NCBI GenBank assembly: GCA_002633005.1
Contig: NMRA01000044.1
Location: forward strand, 136,182 to 200,181
Length of the DNA stretch: 64,000 nucleotides
From: Phoronis australis
Lineage: Eukaryota > Animalia > Phoronida
Direction: 5' to 3'
The position numbers and the translations under genes are program-made. Of this stretch, positions 1-13,603 are shown in pieces. The notes beneath the pieces are model-generated. The model saw nothing but the letters and a program-made list of their open reading frames with translations. It ran no database searches and was not told the DNA's origin. The stretch's first letter is position 1; each line of letters opens with the position of its first letter.

Positions 1-1117
1 CATTTCGACTTTGTTAGGACTAAATGTCACGTTTGATATAATATGAGGAAATCAGAAATGTGTGAAAACACCGGTGACGTGGACATCAAAGTGGTAGTTT
101 AAAGAGTTAAGATTTTTAATAAACAAAATCACTAATGTTTCCAAACAATCGTAGTAGAGTACGCGATGGACAGTGACGTCTTAGGTGAATTGGATGACAA
201 CAAGTTGAGTGGAAGTCTGTGATGATCGTTGGGTTATGACGATGTGTTACCATGACAACAGGCACGTCACCTCATGTTGTCTCAACGCCCCTGTTAATGC
301 ACGTGAATTTCGAAATGGTTGGAGCAACGTGTGGAATGATAAATAGATGACTAGAATCACTTCAGGGCTGAGTGTGTGTGAATTTGTTGTGTCAAATTCT
401 GTCAAAACTAACTTTTGATTTAGACCTGGTGTCGTTCCAAAAGTTCAAAGCTGGGCTGTTCTCAACACACCTATGTTCCAATAATTGTTCAGAGAATTAG
501 TTTAATAATAGCCTAAAGTCATTCTTAGTCTTTTTTGTAAATTGCTACAGTTGTGACAATAGCCTACACTCGATGCATAAGAAAAGTTGATTCACAGTGA
601 ACGCAGCGAACAGAATATATCTACTGAGGAGTCAAACTCATTCATCGTAAAAAATTAAATGGGTATTTTTCATCCAAGTCAATCTTCATAAAGATATTTT
701 TTCATTCTACTGAATTAAAATCATTAACAAATCGTTACAAAAGTAATTATATATGTAACCGGACGCCTTCTAACTAAAATTACCATCTTCGGGTAACTAG
801 CCTTTGTCACGAGTCTGTGATACAGTATATACAGAATAATTACCCATTGAAACACTGTTCTATATGATTCATAAAGTAACAATTGAATCCCGGGGCACAG
901 CACATAGGTGATATAACGGGATGTGCCGTTCCTAGAGTTATCTTCTTCACGAGAACTAGGAATGTTTATAAGCCGCATACAACCTANNNNNNNCCATCGA
1001 CCACACTACAGTCAACCGATCGCGAGCCACTGGGCTGCTTGCTGCACCAGGAAACAAACAGCACCACTTTAGCGCATAACAGGTGACTCCGGTGGCGGAT
1101 CTAGGAAACCATAAGGG

Positions 1118-1262
1118 NNNNNNNNNNNNNNNNNNNNNNNNNNNNNNNNNNNNNNNNNNNNNNNNNNNNNNNNNNNNNNNNNNNNNNNNNNNNNNNNNNN
1201 NNNNNNNNNNNNNNNNNNNNNNNNNNNNNNNNNNNNNNNNNNNNNNNNNNNNNNNNNNNNNN
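1118..1262. other. Assembly gap (N run) inside a GC-rich repeat; smaller N run at 987-993
   Basis: Ns flanked by GGTGGCGGATCTAGG...GGG and CCCCCC. Confidence 0.95.
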
Positions 1263-1399
1263 CCCCCCTAAATTCCCCTATAATCCCCCTATGGACTCGA
1301 ACAACCAAAAGCCAAAAATACCACGCCATCGCACCCTAGTATCAAAACACACACAGACCAGAACCAATCATGCATTTTGGCTTTAAATTTTCTATATAA

Positions 1400-3750
1400 G
1401 GTTTCATTTGAGGGTCAAGAACTCTCAAAAACGTTTTTGCTACTAATTGTAAAGAACAGGTGAAGTTTTTTTTTCAATTGCAGTTTTTCGAGGTGCTGGA
1501 TTCAGCGCTGCAGAAGCAAGATATCTCTCATGAATCCGTGACGTTTCTTAGTCTTTGCCTCCACTTCCAAAAAAATAATCGCAAACGTTTACGAAATGGA
1601 CCCCTCAACGTCGTTTGTATCCTGGATTTTCTAGAATAATGGCCATCCAAACATGGCAGTTCTACATCTCCAAAATAGTGAAGTGTTCCGAGGTTTCATA
1701 GAGATGCGGGTTTTTTGTAGTCGTCTAAGTATGTTAGTTATCAATTCAAGTCGTTCGACCTCTGGGTGACGCTAACCATCTTTTTATGGTAGACGGAACA
1801 TTTCTCATAAGCTGCAAAGCGTTCCGTAAAGTGTTGAACCTTTGCATCCTATAACGCTCATGCGATTAATATTTAGAAAAACACAACCCGAAGGAATAAC
1901 ATATCAAATGTCAAAATGACTGTATTCTTATACCGTCGCCACCTAATCATGTAACGAGTCCAAAAGAAGTTCTAATAGTGGCTGCGTAGGACAAAGTAAA
2001 CCTGCCTTCGTCAGAAGAAACAAAGCTGCATTTTGCCGCTGTTTTGCTGTCGAATTGAATGACCTGGCAACTAAAGACATAAGCAAAAGCACAATTTTCG
2101 AATCTGGAATTTTAGCGTTGGCAAATCCCAATAAATTTGAAAGCATATTCTCGAGTCGCTTCTGTTCTTTGTGGTAACGGAACTGGGATCCTAACCAATT
2201 TCATGAGAGTAAAAGAACTAATTAGGGCGAAATGCATCTTGAAATTTTGATTAAGACCAATAACTGTTAACAAGACGATACCAGTTTCGTAGTGGAAAAT
2301 GTTTTAATTACACAATTTGATTGTTTGACGGAACACGGGTATTGAAAGTCGCTTTAAACCCAAATATTCTCCACAACCTAGCTGTTTTGATTGACTGCAG
2401 TAATGAGTTTCAACTTCACACTGGCGAGTTTGGCTACTTGTGTCGAGTTTGAAAACCTATGAACGAATTTGGGAGATTGATCACTTCCTACACAAAATTT
2501 GGACGTTTTTTGATTTTTGGCTCCACTTCAGAATATCGAACCAAGGATTTCAACAAACATTCACTGTATCATTGGACTTCCCGAACATGTACTGAATATC
2601 GAAATAACAGTCGAGATTGGATTTTCGATGAGAAAACGCTGAAATGGAAGTTTTGCGTGTGAAAGCTCAAAGATTTATTAAGCAGTTTTACTGAAACGAA
2701 AGCAATGTCTGGACGACTCTAGTAGCTGAGGACTCGATACGTGATATCTACTCTTTACATGCAAGAAGTCCAAACAGCTCGAACTAAATTCCCATTGTCG
2801 TTCGAAGAAATGCCGTGGCGTTCAAGCTCCTTTCGGATTACAGTTTCAGTATTACCTATTGTAATATAGCGATCAACTTCGTCAAACTCACCTTTATCAA
2901 CAAGCGACTTCTTAGAGTCATAGGGCATTAAGTTAAACCGTGCTTGGTTACTCATTTTAACCAATAACCGGGCGAAATAAGGCTTGTTGCTCCCGAAACT
3001 AAACTACGGTACGACTAACAGGTGTAGCTCCAGGACACATTGGTTAGGCGAGAATGAGGGTAAGCACACTACGGTGTTTACAACTTGGTGATACAAAACA
3101 TATCTCGTTGCACAAGAAAACAAAGAATCCGTTGTTTGACAGCCTAATACGTTAGTGCACGTTTCTCCCCTTGCAGTCCTCTCTGTGTGATTATAATGGA
3201 TTAGTATTGAAACTCGACACAATAACGGTGGCTCCCGTCCCCGGGCAGCGTCAGTCACGGACAACGGGTGAATATGGCAACATCTAGGGATGCCGTTTAA
3301 ATCGATAGTCGTGGATAATTTATGGGAATCCTCCATAGAACGCATAACTGCTCGTAGCAGAAACGATTCGAATGTAAGCCGGAAAACAGTGGAAACTCTA
3401 AATTTCATTTTGCTGCTTTTAAAATTATACTTAGTCTTAATGTTAGTCAACCAAAAAATTGTTCGGTGTATCCCACTGAATCTAATAACGGAAACTTTCC
3501 GTAACAGGCATTTTCGTGATAGGTTTGCTCATGACGTAATCAACATTGATTTGGCGGTAAAAAAAGAAAATAGTTTCATGAAAATATGATTCTTCAACGA
3601 ATAAAAAGATGGTTTGTCTAAATAGCCCGTTTTGTTTTTATTGTAAAAACTTCTTGAAATACTAAACCCCCGGCGGTCACACCAAAACCAGGGACTGTGA
3701 CCATTATTGTTCAAAACTCGACTCAGAAATTGATCAAACACATCGCTTTA
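1400..3750 (-). mobile_element. Heavily decayed hAT-family transposase remnant
   Basis: Collinear minus-strand fragments resembling hAT motifs: RRGFSISRSFY..FYS (TTF zinc-finger-like, ~3600-3680), ATPV..REQQALFR (~2970-3030), LERHGISSNDNGN (~2790-2830), SQTR (~2430), CSAESSTSK..LQL (dimerisation-domain-like, ~1470-1520); many stops and frameshifts. Confidence 0.45.
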
Positions 3751-4699
3751 GAAAAAAAAGCTCGAAGCGTACGAAGCATGCGATTCTTTAGTTTTTCGAG
3801 TCTAGTCACAAGTGAGTTTGGTGGTCACTGGCCTTGTGCTGATAACAGATATTCTGGGTTTTACAGACACGTGCCGCGTTGCATGGGTACAGGCTTTCGG
3901 AGATTTCTGACACATTGTTCACAAATGAATTCAATGGCCACAACCATTCACAGTGTTTATAAATAAAACAATGTATTTAAATTACGAAATGGTTCGACGT
4001 CCTCACGGACATCACCAAGAAAACATTGGCCACACAATAGCAATGACCAAACAGTGTACATTTGACCTAGATGCACAGCTACATAGTAACAGCATCATTG
4101 ACAAAATTTGCAAGCCCTGTGATAACCTGCTGTGAGTCAACTGTTTATTCCCACCAATTGGTTCAAGCCTCATGTGAATAAACAGCTGACTCACAGATGA
4201 TTAGCACCAGTACTGTGAATTTTGTCGTTGATGTTGTTACTATGAAGAGGTGCATGTTGTTTAGTGTTTTCATCATCATGTATCATCCATCGGCTGCGTG
4301 ATGCCTTATTAGAAGGAAAATTCTGAATTTTCTTTGATATAACACTATCGAGTCTCGCCAGCATTCATTTACCAGCAGTTGGTCTTAGACAGCATTTCCT
4401 CCGTACTTAAACAAAAAATAAAACTGAAATAGACTAATAAACTGGGTCCGGAGTCTAACCATAGATTCAATAATCTATGATTTAACCTCAGAACTCGAAA
4501 TGTGACGGCGCGAATATTCGACAAGCACAGCGTTTTGAGTTAACTTACAGATTTATACCCGAATCGTACAGCGTATTGGCTAAATTTTGAGCCTGAATTT
4601 GGAGATTAATCGAGCTCCGAGCTTGAATTGATTGCTGTCATCAAACGTTTGAAACTTGCATACACCGGTGATTTGCATGACACAGTCATTGGCAAATAA

Positions 4700-5880
4700 T
4701 TCAAGGGTTAGCGAAGGTTGCCAAAACCCTACTTAACTTCTTGATGCCCTGGTTGTGACATCGAAATTGTTCTCGATATATGGTATGAGTATAGTTCGGT
4801 AGGAGCCCTTCGTTCACACAAACTTCGTTGAAAACACGACTAAACTTTTTGTTTGAGAGCTTGATACTGACAGGTTCTCCGCTAGGCCCAATGTTCTCAG
4901 AATTTCTCTATCAGAAGTTGAAAAACGGGTCGCTCAGCATATCGGCAAAATTCACTTCTATGTCCGCTATGTCGATGATATATTTGTATATTGTTCGCGT
5001 GATAAACTGTTGGCCCTTCAGACGTTGCTTGAATCAATTCTATATTAAAGTTCAAGTATAAAGTGTCTGTCTATGAAAAGTTGCCTTTTCTCGATGGCCT
5101 TGCACAGTATTGTGACGGTGGGATTCGTACTTCAGTTTATCGTAAACCTACAGATATTGGTGCCTGTTAACATGATAAACGTGATCTCCCTCAACACTAC
5201 AAACAGGCGGTTTTGACTAGTTACCCCAAGAGGGCGCAACAGATATCATTTGTTTGGCAAGCATTCAACGTTCAGCGCATCATACAAGTTCTAGTTAACA
5301 ATGGTTATACTAATTCTTTTGTTGATAACCATGTTAGGTCTTTCATATCTAGGATTGACTCTCATGTTGACACTGAATCTAGAACTAGTACCACTAAGAA
5401 CGTGTTTTATAAGAATTGTATGTCTGTATGTCTAATAATTATCTGGGTGATGAACACGAGCTTAAGAGGAGATTGAAAGGGATAACGTTAGGGTGGTCAA
5501 ACCTGGTGATAGATTGAATGTAGTTATTTATTATCAGAATATAAAATCACGTCACCTTGCCATAAAAATTAACCCCAGTCGTGAAAGACTACGACCAGTG
5601 GCCAAATGTAACGTTGTTTACTAATTCACACGAATGTCTTCATTCTCTTGAGCAGCGCGTTACATTGGACACACGGTGTGTTCTCTCCCGCGACGGTTGT
5701 CCATGCACTTGCAGGGGGGGTTTATTCAAAATCATTTTGCACACCAACGTGGCCGAAAAATAACAAGGCAAGAAATTACAGACAATACCATCATTTGCTA
5801 TGTGGAGAATGACACATTTCGGCTAACTTGATTTTATTGGCTTTGAGCAGAGCTATAAAGCAGCAAACTCTGTTGTGTTA
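4700..5880 (+). mobile_element. Degenerate Penelope-like retroelement (RT + GIY-YIG) remnant
   Basis: Frameshifted motifs GSPLGPMF (~4873), HFYVRYVDDIF (~4953-4985), LPFLD (~5081), TSVYRKPT (~5130), VLVNNGY (~5290), YIGHT..RRLSMHL (~5660-5710). Confidence 0.8.
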
Positions 5881-5899
5881 AAGTGTCACTGTTACAAAT

Positions 5900-6480
5900 C
5901 GACGTTTCTTCACAAAAGCTTCCAGTCAAAATTAATTCAAATCGTGGCGACGTCCTAATCAGCTGTTTCGTTGCTGGGCACTGTGAAAATGGCCGACGCG
6001 AACAATGTGTTGTGCTGATCAAAGCAGTCTCAAAACAGCCTAAGGTTAATCTTCGGAGCATACGTGAGAAAAACCAGGCGAAGAACCGAATGAGCACTTT
6101 GGAGGAGAAATATCTCAAGATTAAGCATTTAGAAACAAAAGTGAGCTCTGTACTACCATGCGAGAAGATTGATCATGCCCAGAAATGTCGACTGAGCTCG
6201 CTCCAGTGGGTGGGTTTGCATTCCTCTCTCGTTTTCTACAAATATCTCCACATTCTTGCTTAGTTCGTTGATCAATTGTTGAAAAATTGTCTTTGAAACT
6301 CGCGATGTTTTTAATGTATGACCATTTGGCCGATTGGACTCCTTCATGAGCCTCAAAATTTTCGAGTTATCGCAGTTGTCATCGTTACACAAAACGCGCA
6401 TTCTCAAATGTTTAAGTCCGTTTTGAAAACCGTATCGCGTGAACTTTCGAGTGAGGCGGTAGCTGAAGGTCACGTAATTC
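5900..6480 (-). mobile_element. Possible PIF/Harbinger transposase N-terminal remnant
   Basis: RVSKTIFQQLINEL...RG..HPLE resembles the Harbinger 'R(M/V)S..TF..L' region; no DDE motif recognised. Confidence 0.25.
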
Positions 6481-9400
6481 AACAGCCGAGTAAGTCAAGT
6501 GACAATGGCCTCGTAGATTTTTGTGAAAATAAACGCAAAAGGAAAGCCTATTCACGACAGAGAATTTTTCTTGAAGAAGCTCCGAACTACGGTTGAGATA
6601 AATTCATGCGCAGTCGATGAGGCAGACATGACTTCCGGTTCTTACAACAGATATTGTTGCCACCAAATACCAGAAAAGGTTGGACTACCTGTCGCTGTGT
6701 TGCATCATTTTCAATTGAAGGCGTTGATTTTTCTGGCAAATGAGACACGGTTTCCTTATACAAATTTAAAACTAGAAAATGAGTATCCCGTGGAACTCAA
6801 GTCACAAAGAACTATACTGCCTGTAAGATTGGCACCAAACTCCGTCGTTGACAACAGTTAATCGATGAAAATTTGCGTAATCCTACCAGTCAAACTACCA
6901 TTATGTAAATTACCTTACTTTAGAAGTGAAGGGTCACTTGTGAAGCACGAAAATAATTACAAGACTTGATATTACCATTTTTGAAATTTAAGGAAATTTT
7001 GGTTGGATTCCTATTGCATAACTCTATTCATTTTAAGAATTCATCGCAACTTTATTATTGAGGGGGTCTGTTATTTCCAGTCGTTTAATTTTCACGATAT
7101 AATGAACCAGATGCATAGAAATATTGGACATCGCCTAAACAGTGTCGTCGGATGCATTTTGACATTCGGACCGGGAAATGGTCGACTTGGCGGAGGATCT
7201 GGGGTCAAGCCTCTGTAATCTGGAGGCCTGAAAATGCCTTTTTTGATTACTTTATAGACATGCAGGACCGATTTCGGCTCCTGTGGGAAATAGGTTGTTT
7301 CTTCACTTGTGTTCACGAAAATGATAAAAAGAAAAGATTTGTAGTTTGCGTTTAAACACTGGTTATGAAGGGAATGTCTCATTCATGTTTCGACAAAAGA
7401 ATGTATTTTTGTCTTTGTTGTGGTCATTGTCGTCACTGTTATAGGTGTTGTTGTATGATTACTGTTATATATCACGTCACGCTGTGTAGTTTCCAAAGCC
7501 TGCAATGAAAGAGCTACTGAAGTGCCACTGAGCTTCCTTCACGCCAAACTAAATACGAATTCACCCTATTGAGCTCTCTTGGTCAAGTCCTGCAGATTAA
7601 GCCAAGGTCGAACAGCAACTTCGCCGTCACGAAGAGCTTTATCCTTCGAACTTAATTCGTATGCGTATTCCCCACGTGCCAGTGCACGTCGGACGACCGT
7701 AAAGCCAGCGGATAACTTACAACCAGCAAATACAATCCTCTTTCCTTGATCCTCCGTGCGACGACGGAGCACCATTCGATTTCAATACTCAATTTCTTCT
7801 CACCACCACCATTTATTTACCCCATACCCGCAATCAGTTGTTTGTAACTTTAACTTTACGAAGGCAAGAAGCCACCGGAACACAGTTAGCATTTATATTT
7901 ACGCAAACTTTATAGAGGCGTACCCAGCCATTAAAGATTCAATATTTCGCTTCTGGCCATCATCTCCTTTCGTACCTTGAAATGTTTACTGCCCTCGAGA
8001 TAAAAAGAGACCTGACATCGTTGTCTCAAACGTGGCAACGTGGTATGAATTTGTTTCTTAAGCCAGCATGTACTGGGCAACGTAACATGAAATGCGCTGA
8101 CTTGCACTTTATCTCAATTCTCGGAAATTTGATTTTGCACATACTCCATTCTAGCGTGAACCATTAAATTGTTACAAGTTTCTTGCTAACAGTCGGCATG
8201 TTTCGAGCCTATCTTCGCAGAATGTTTGTTCGTATTGTGTCACATCACTACCCGCATTAATAAAGGACATTTCCCAGCCTCACTTTGGTCATCGTTTTAC
8301 AGTGAAATAGCCTCAGATCACACCCTGTGCAAATGTGAACGGCAATAAGGACATTTGTAAAATGTCTTCATCATTGACTCGAGGGTAAACAGACACCTTG
8401 CCACTTACCACCAGTAACACAATGACAAGTCACCCAGTTAGAGGATGGTCTGTATTTGTTCTGATCTACAAGCCTTGTGACATAATGCTTTATTCAACAG
8501 TGAATTAGAGCTGTTTAGAAAATAGTTTGATATTTTTATGAATAGAATTGATTTCAATAAAAAAATATCTTAATGGACACTTAACTTATAGGCTCAATGT
8601 TTTCCCGTTATTTGGTGTTTTTAAATTGGCCACCTTTCAATCGTGTCAACGCAAAAAATTAAAATGTAGAATCAAGATCATCTTGAAAAAATAATGTCAT
8701 TTATAATTTTACAGCTGTTTCCTATGTAAATAATAGAACATCAGCCCGTGTTCAAGAACTCTGCTTTGGGTTATCGAATGTCGTAATATCTGATGCCTCA
8801 CAGGAATAGTAAAGTTACAGTAAAAAAGCTTACCTTTGACTACTTAGTTTCGTATCTTTTCTCTCGGTTCTTGATGCGAATCTCCTTATAGGAATCCAGT
8901 AAACTTTAGCAATCAGCATTCAAAGCTCTCAGTCAACATTGTGGGTGCTATTTTGTCTGGATACGAACATCAAATTCTTGGTTCTTGTTTTTGTATTTGT
9001 GTCCCGCATGAGCTTATACTGTTCAAGTCAGTAATGACGACGTCTGCCTCGTATTGTGAGGGTTAACGAATATGGCATCTACGATTTTAGTGATACCTTG
9101 CCAGTGAGCAGCGATATTTCTGATCGATACCTGGTTCTATTCACGCTGCCATCATATTACCGAAACGTCATCGAGGCTTTCGTCCATACCATAAGCCTTC
9201 GACCGTGCGTTGACGCAAACAAAATCTCGACACCACAGCCACGATATACGGGATAAACTGAGCCACCGGATTACAATAGCGGCATATGAACGTAACCACT
9301 ACCAACTGAGTGAGACCATGGAAGTGGGACCTGTCTATTGAATATGAACAATAAATTATACAAAATGTCTTTAAAGAATAAAATAGATTTTTCATTTATC

Positions 9401-10058
9401 GTCCATTACCCGGGGCAAAAACACACAATGTGTCGTGTTGACCTGGGTACATTGCTTTCACGCGTCAATGGAAATCAAATACTAGCCTTTCAACAAAGGC
9501 GCAGGGTTTGTTTACAAAAACATTTCGTGAGGATCCCCACGAATGACGTCTCAACTGCGACAGTTGGCTATTTATGGACGCTTTGAAGAACTTTGCGATT
9601 TCCGGTTTAGCAGTTATCGTTGCACTGAAATTCGTAAACAATATGAATATAGTATGCAGTGCTGGGTTATTATTTGCCTCTTGCGAATTTCGATTTCGGG
9701 GAATCACAACGCTCATACCAACGTAAAAATTTGATTTCATGAAAAATATTAGGTGTTTGTCAGAAAACGGATTAGTCAATTTTAAATAGACACGTTCAAT
9801 CATGTCACGAAAAGATATGGATTGCAAACAGCAGAAATGGCAATATTATCTGAAGTTTATTGGAACTCGATCGCAAGTTGCACCCATTAGCTTCAAAAAA
9901 TATTGTGGATGGGCTTAAGTAGAATTAGGACATCACTTTCAACTACACTTGAAATTCGTGCTAATGTGCTCATTGACGCCATTATTTCCAAAAAAACTTG
10001 GAAAACGTAAACACTCAAAGTGCAAAAATGCAGCAGGGCGTGGGGACTTGTCTCGTCT

Positions 10059-10175
10059 ATGTAGAAAATTTCGTGATGACTGGGACTTGAACCCGGGTTG
10101 CCGAATGGTTTAGATGCTTCACCGTCGCTCGTGCAACCCAGGTTCAAGTCCCGGTCACCATGAAATATTCTACAT
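10059..10175. repeat. ~43-bp inverted repeat whose arms carry a Pol III B-box-like motif (SINE-derived)
   Basis: ATGTAGAAAATTTCGTGATGACTGGGACTTGAACCCGGGTTGC vs GCAACCCAGGTTCAAGTCCCGGTCACCATGAAATATTCTACAT. Confidence 0.75.
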
Positions 10176-11615
10176 CTGTTATTATGCCTATCACAACAGG
10201 GCACGCGTTGGTCGGTTCTTCTTCTCAGTGGTCGAATGGCGTAGGCTATCCGGAAATTCACCGAAAACATTCATGAATATTTTACATTTTCGGCTTACTT
10301 ACCATACACCAATTCATGATTATCAACGGGTGTGTGGCGCATGGGTGACGCCGGCGCTTCACCCCGAACTTCGACACTCTCCTCCCATTCTTTATTATAA
10401 CGCGGCAGAGCGAACGACACTGAAGCCATAGCTACCAAAATGTCTTTTTATTCCCAACACTTCTAAGCCTTCTAGGAATGGTTGCCGTCAAATGGGTCCA
10501 CGTTTTAGTAAATCCAACTTGCGAAATTAGCCACGATTATTGAAACTTCTACTTTTTTAAATTGAACAAATCAAAACCAAACATCGTTCACGACGAAGAC
10601 AAATACGTCTCCAAAAAGACGATTCAGTTTGGAAAAATCTTTACGTTTGTGTTACATGACAATGAAATGACGTAATGTCAGACCACTGGTGTTCTGAGAC
10701 GTAATGAAAGGCTTTGATCAGAAATTTTCGTCAGTAGCAACACAAATCTAATACTTAAGTCTCTAAAGGTTAGAAACCAAAATAAATAGCATGTGATAGG
10801 TTTATTAGTTTATCTCATTAACCTTGGTTTGTAAATATTTGATAAAATGTCGAAATCATGGATGGTTGGAAAGGTTTTTGTTTTCTGACAAGATGTTAGT
10901 CAGGTGTTAAAAAATCGTAGCCACTGAATGTAGCGTATTGCTGGGAAAGTCCAAAACAAAAGAAACGTAGCCCGGATTGCCAATTTTCCACCCTCTGTCC
11001 GCACGGGTATTGTCATTTAACAAATTACTTTTCTCATTAGCACGATTCATTTCTTACGATCAGTAGTTATTTTTCGTCAACCGCAGTTCAGTTCTTAATA
11101 CCCCAGTTTTCTCATCGACCACCTTTTCATTACTCATGCGGCGTTCTTTTCTCCCAATCATTTATAATATCATGGGATTTTTAATATTTCAAAAAGACAT
11201 TGTTTGAGGGTGCTTTATTTGTGACCAAAACATAGGTCGAAATATTATCATTTTTTTAAACTTATTCTCAAAAATACTGCAGCGAGTTTTAAATACATAT
11301 ACCTAGACTCAGAGTCTAATACAGGGTCCCGAGGGGGGTTGAACCCCCTGAACCCTCCCCCCCCCCCNCTCCCCCCCTCCATAGATCCGTCTCTGAACTT
11401 CTCATATTGGCAACAGAAAGACATTACCGTGATTTTAATCACTTTAAAAAGTCTTCTTGATAGCAAGATTAGAAGATACCCGAGAGAGTGGAAGAACAGG
11501 TATTTTGACTCCCGCTTTACACAGATTTGCGCAGATCTCCTCTTGCTCACTTTTCCCTCTCAGTCATCGACTGTACAGACTTCTACCATCTATGTCTCCT
11601 ACGATTCTATCCGTA

Positions 11616-11655
11616 AGCACTGACGATGGTTTAAGTTGTAACCGAAACGTTGTTG
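11616..11655 (+). ncRNA. Degenerate minimal hammerhead ribozyme-like motif (Penelope 3' end type)
   Basis: CTGACGA-T-GGTT-taagttgt-AACC-GAAA-CGTT; stem I register imperfect. Confidence 0.45.
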
Positions 11656-12234
11656 ATATATAGTTATGAAAACATGTTTATTAAAGCATCATCCCTTTTT
11701 ATTGATCAAATGGCCAAAAGTCAGTAATATCCATATAAGTTAATTTTGACGAAGCAATTTTCATATATTTAGTTTTGGCAAAGCTCATGATGTCATCTGT
11801 TGAGAGGTCATTTAGCTATTAGTTTTTTCGTAGTGGACATTTTCAGTCATAGAAATCGGGCTCGTATTAACAAAGGTCGCAAGTAACCAAAACAGTCGCA
11901 AACACGTTTTGCAGTGTTTTTAAAATAGTGAAAACGTTACAACTTTCAAAGAACTGTCGATAACCTTTTGTTTTCAAAGTCTGCTGATAAATCCGCGCCT
12001 TCCGTCAAAAATAGCAAATTTTGATTCAGGCCAGTTATCTTTATAAAAGAGGTGTCATTTCGTTCCATCCTAAGATAAGTATTGATTTCTGGGCTTTAGA
12101 AAAACTGAGAGTTTCTTATTGCTTTAGACAAGGCTCGTGAAGTTTGTTTTGTCACCGCGAGTTAGTTTCAGCGGCCGAACCGGTATGGCCGTCATAGGAC
12201 TTCCTTGGGTTCTATTTTAAGCGAAGGCTAAAGT

Positions 12235-12750
12235 CGCTTTCCCATTAGAAGCGAAACTTCGCTTTTACCGAAGTTTTGGTAAAAGGAAAAGGTGACTCTG
12301 GTAGTTAATCTGCAAGCGGAACTTCGCTTGACATACCAGGATTTATGAGCGAAGCTTCAATTCTCACCGAAACTTCAGTGTACTGGGAAAAGTCAAAGCG
12401 AAGCTTCGTCGACGTTATCGGTAGAGGTCGCAGCAACGATATACGATCACACGAGACTCGCAAAACGTGTTCTTTCTTATTGTAGCGTAGCCGATGGGCT
12501 GTCAATAAACGGACGTAAATAAATAATAAAAAACATAAGAATGACACTGATCATTTTCACAAACACTCAGGAGAACAATTTTTTGTTGGCTTCGAAGCCA
12601 TTCCTCAATATTCGTTTGAGAGTACGAATGAGCTGCGTCGTCTCGTGCCATAGCGATAACTTCAGTATTGCTGTATAGTCGTAAAGGTAAGCGAAGTTTC
12701 GGCAAAGCTTCGGTAAACCGAAGTTCGTTGAGTTTAAAGTGGGAACAAGT
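12235..12750. mobile_element. Probable MITE with imperfect TIRs and repeated CGAAGCTTCG-like motifs
   Basis: TTCCCA..GAAACTTCGCTTTTACCGAAGTTTTG at left; CAAAGCTTCGGTAAACCGAAGTTC..TGGGAA at right. Confidence 0.45.
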
Positions 12751-13603
12751 ACTGGCTCCTAGGTTTAAAAGAGAACATGAACATGGTCTAAAGTGGCATT
12801 AACGACCGAATTAACAACTGAGCCTCGGAAATGATCTGTGCAGTGCAACTTACAGAAATCGAAGCTACAAGTGCCTTAATTACTAGCTAAGGGTCATCTA
12901 CATTTGACGGGCACACGGATTTTCTGTATCTACGGCCGCAGTGAGTTCAATAATCCTTCATGTGCCAACACGGCAAGGCAACTCTCTGAGGTGGGAAATA
13001 CGCTGTCGGGACTTCTCAGCGAATGTATTACGTTCTGTGACTTGCTATTTCTGTCGTCAGTGACAGAGAGTCTAAGTAACTATTAACGTTGACTCCACAT
13101 GGAACGAGATCACAAAACAAATGGAACGTATTCCGAAGGGATTTGATAAACTGAAACTTTTTGAAACGTTTCCGAAAGCAAGGTCAATTTCACAGGATTC
13201 CGATTTTATTGAAGCTGTACAACCAGTGGAGGTTGCTTTCTGAAAAAGAAGGCAAAAGTGAGATGTTGTTACGGTTACAATATTTTGGCAGAAGATACAA
13301 CTTTCTTAGGGATGCCTTAAGAGGGCACGTTTCTCTCACTGGAGATTGTCCTTGCTCTTATAAAAGTGCTAAGTATTACGGTACGACAAGGCGCAAGAAT
13401 CTCGCGAGTAAAACTATAGTGTGTCCATGTGCTTTAATTCTTATGCGTAGCGCATTAATATCTCGTAGAGACTTGCGTGATCTTGCGTTTGCACGAGTTA
13501 ACTGCACCTACGGAACAAGTAGCGGATTTCTTTAAAAGACACAGACTCTCAAGTTCACGCGACTGCCTCAAAATGGATAATTTGTATTGGTCTATCAAAA
13601 TGC

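Noticed and set aside
7400-10000. Short ORFs in the intergenic region
   Set aside because: No recognisable domains or consistent exon chain
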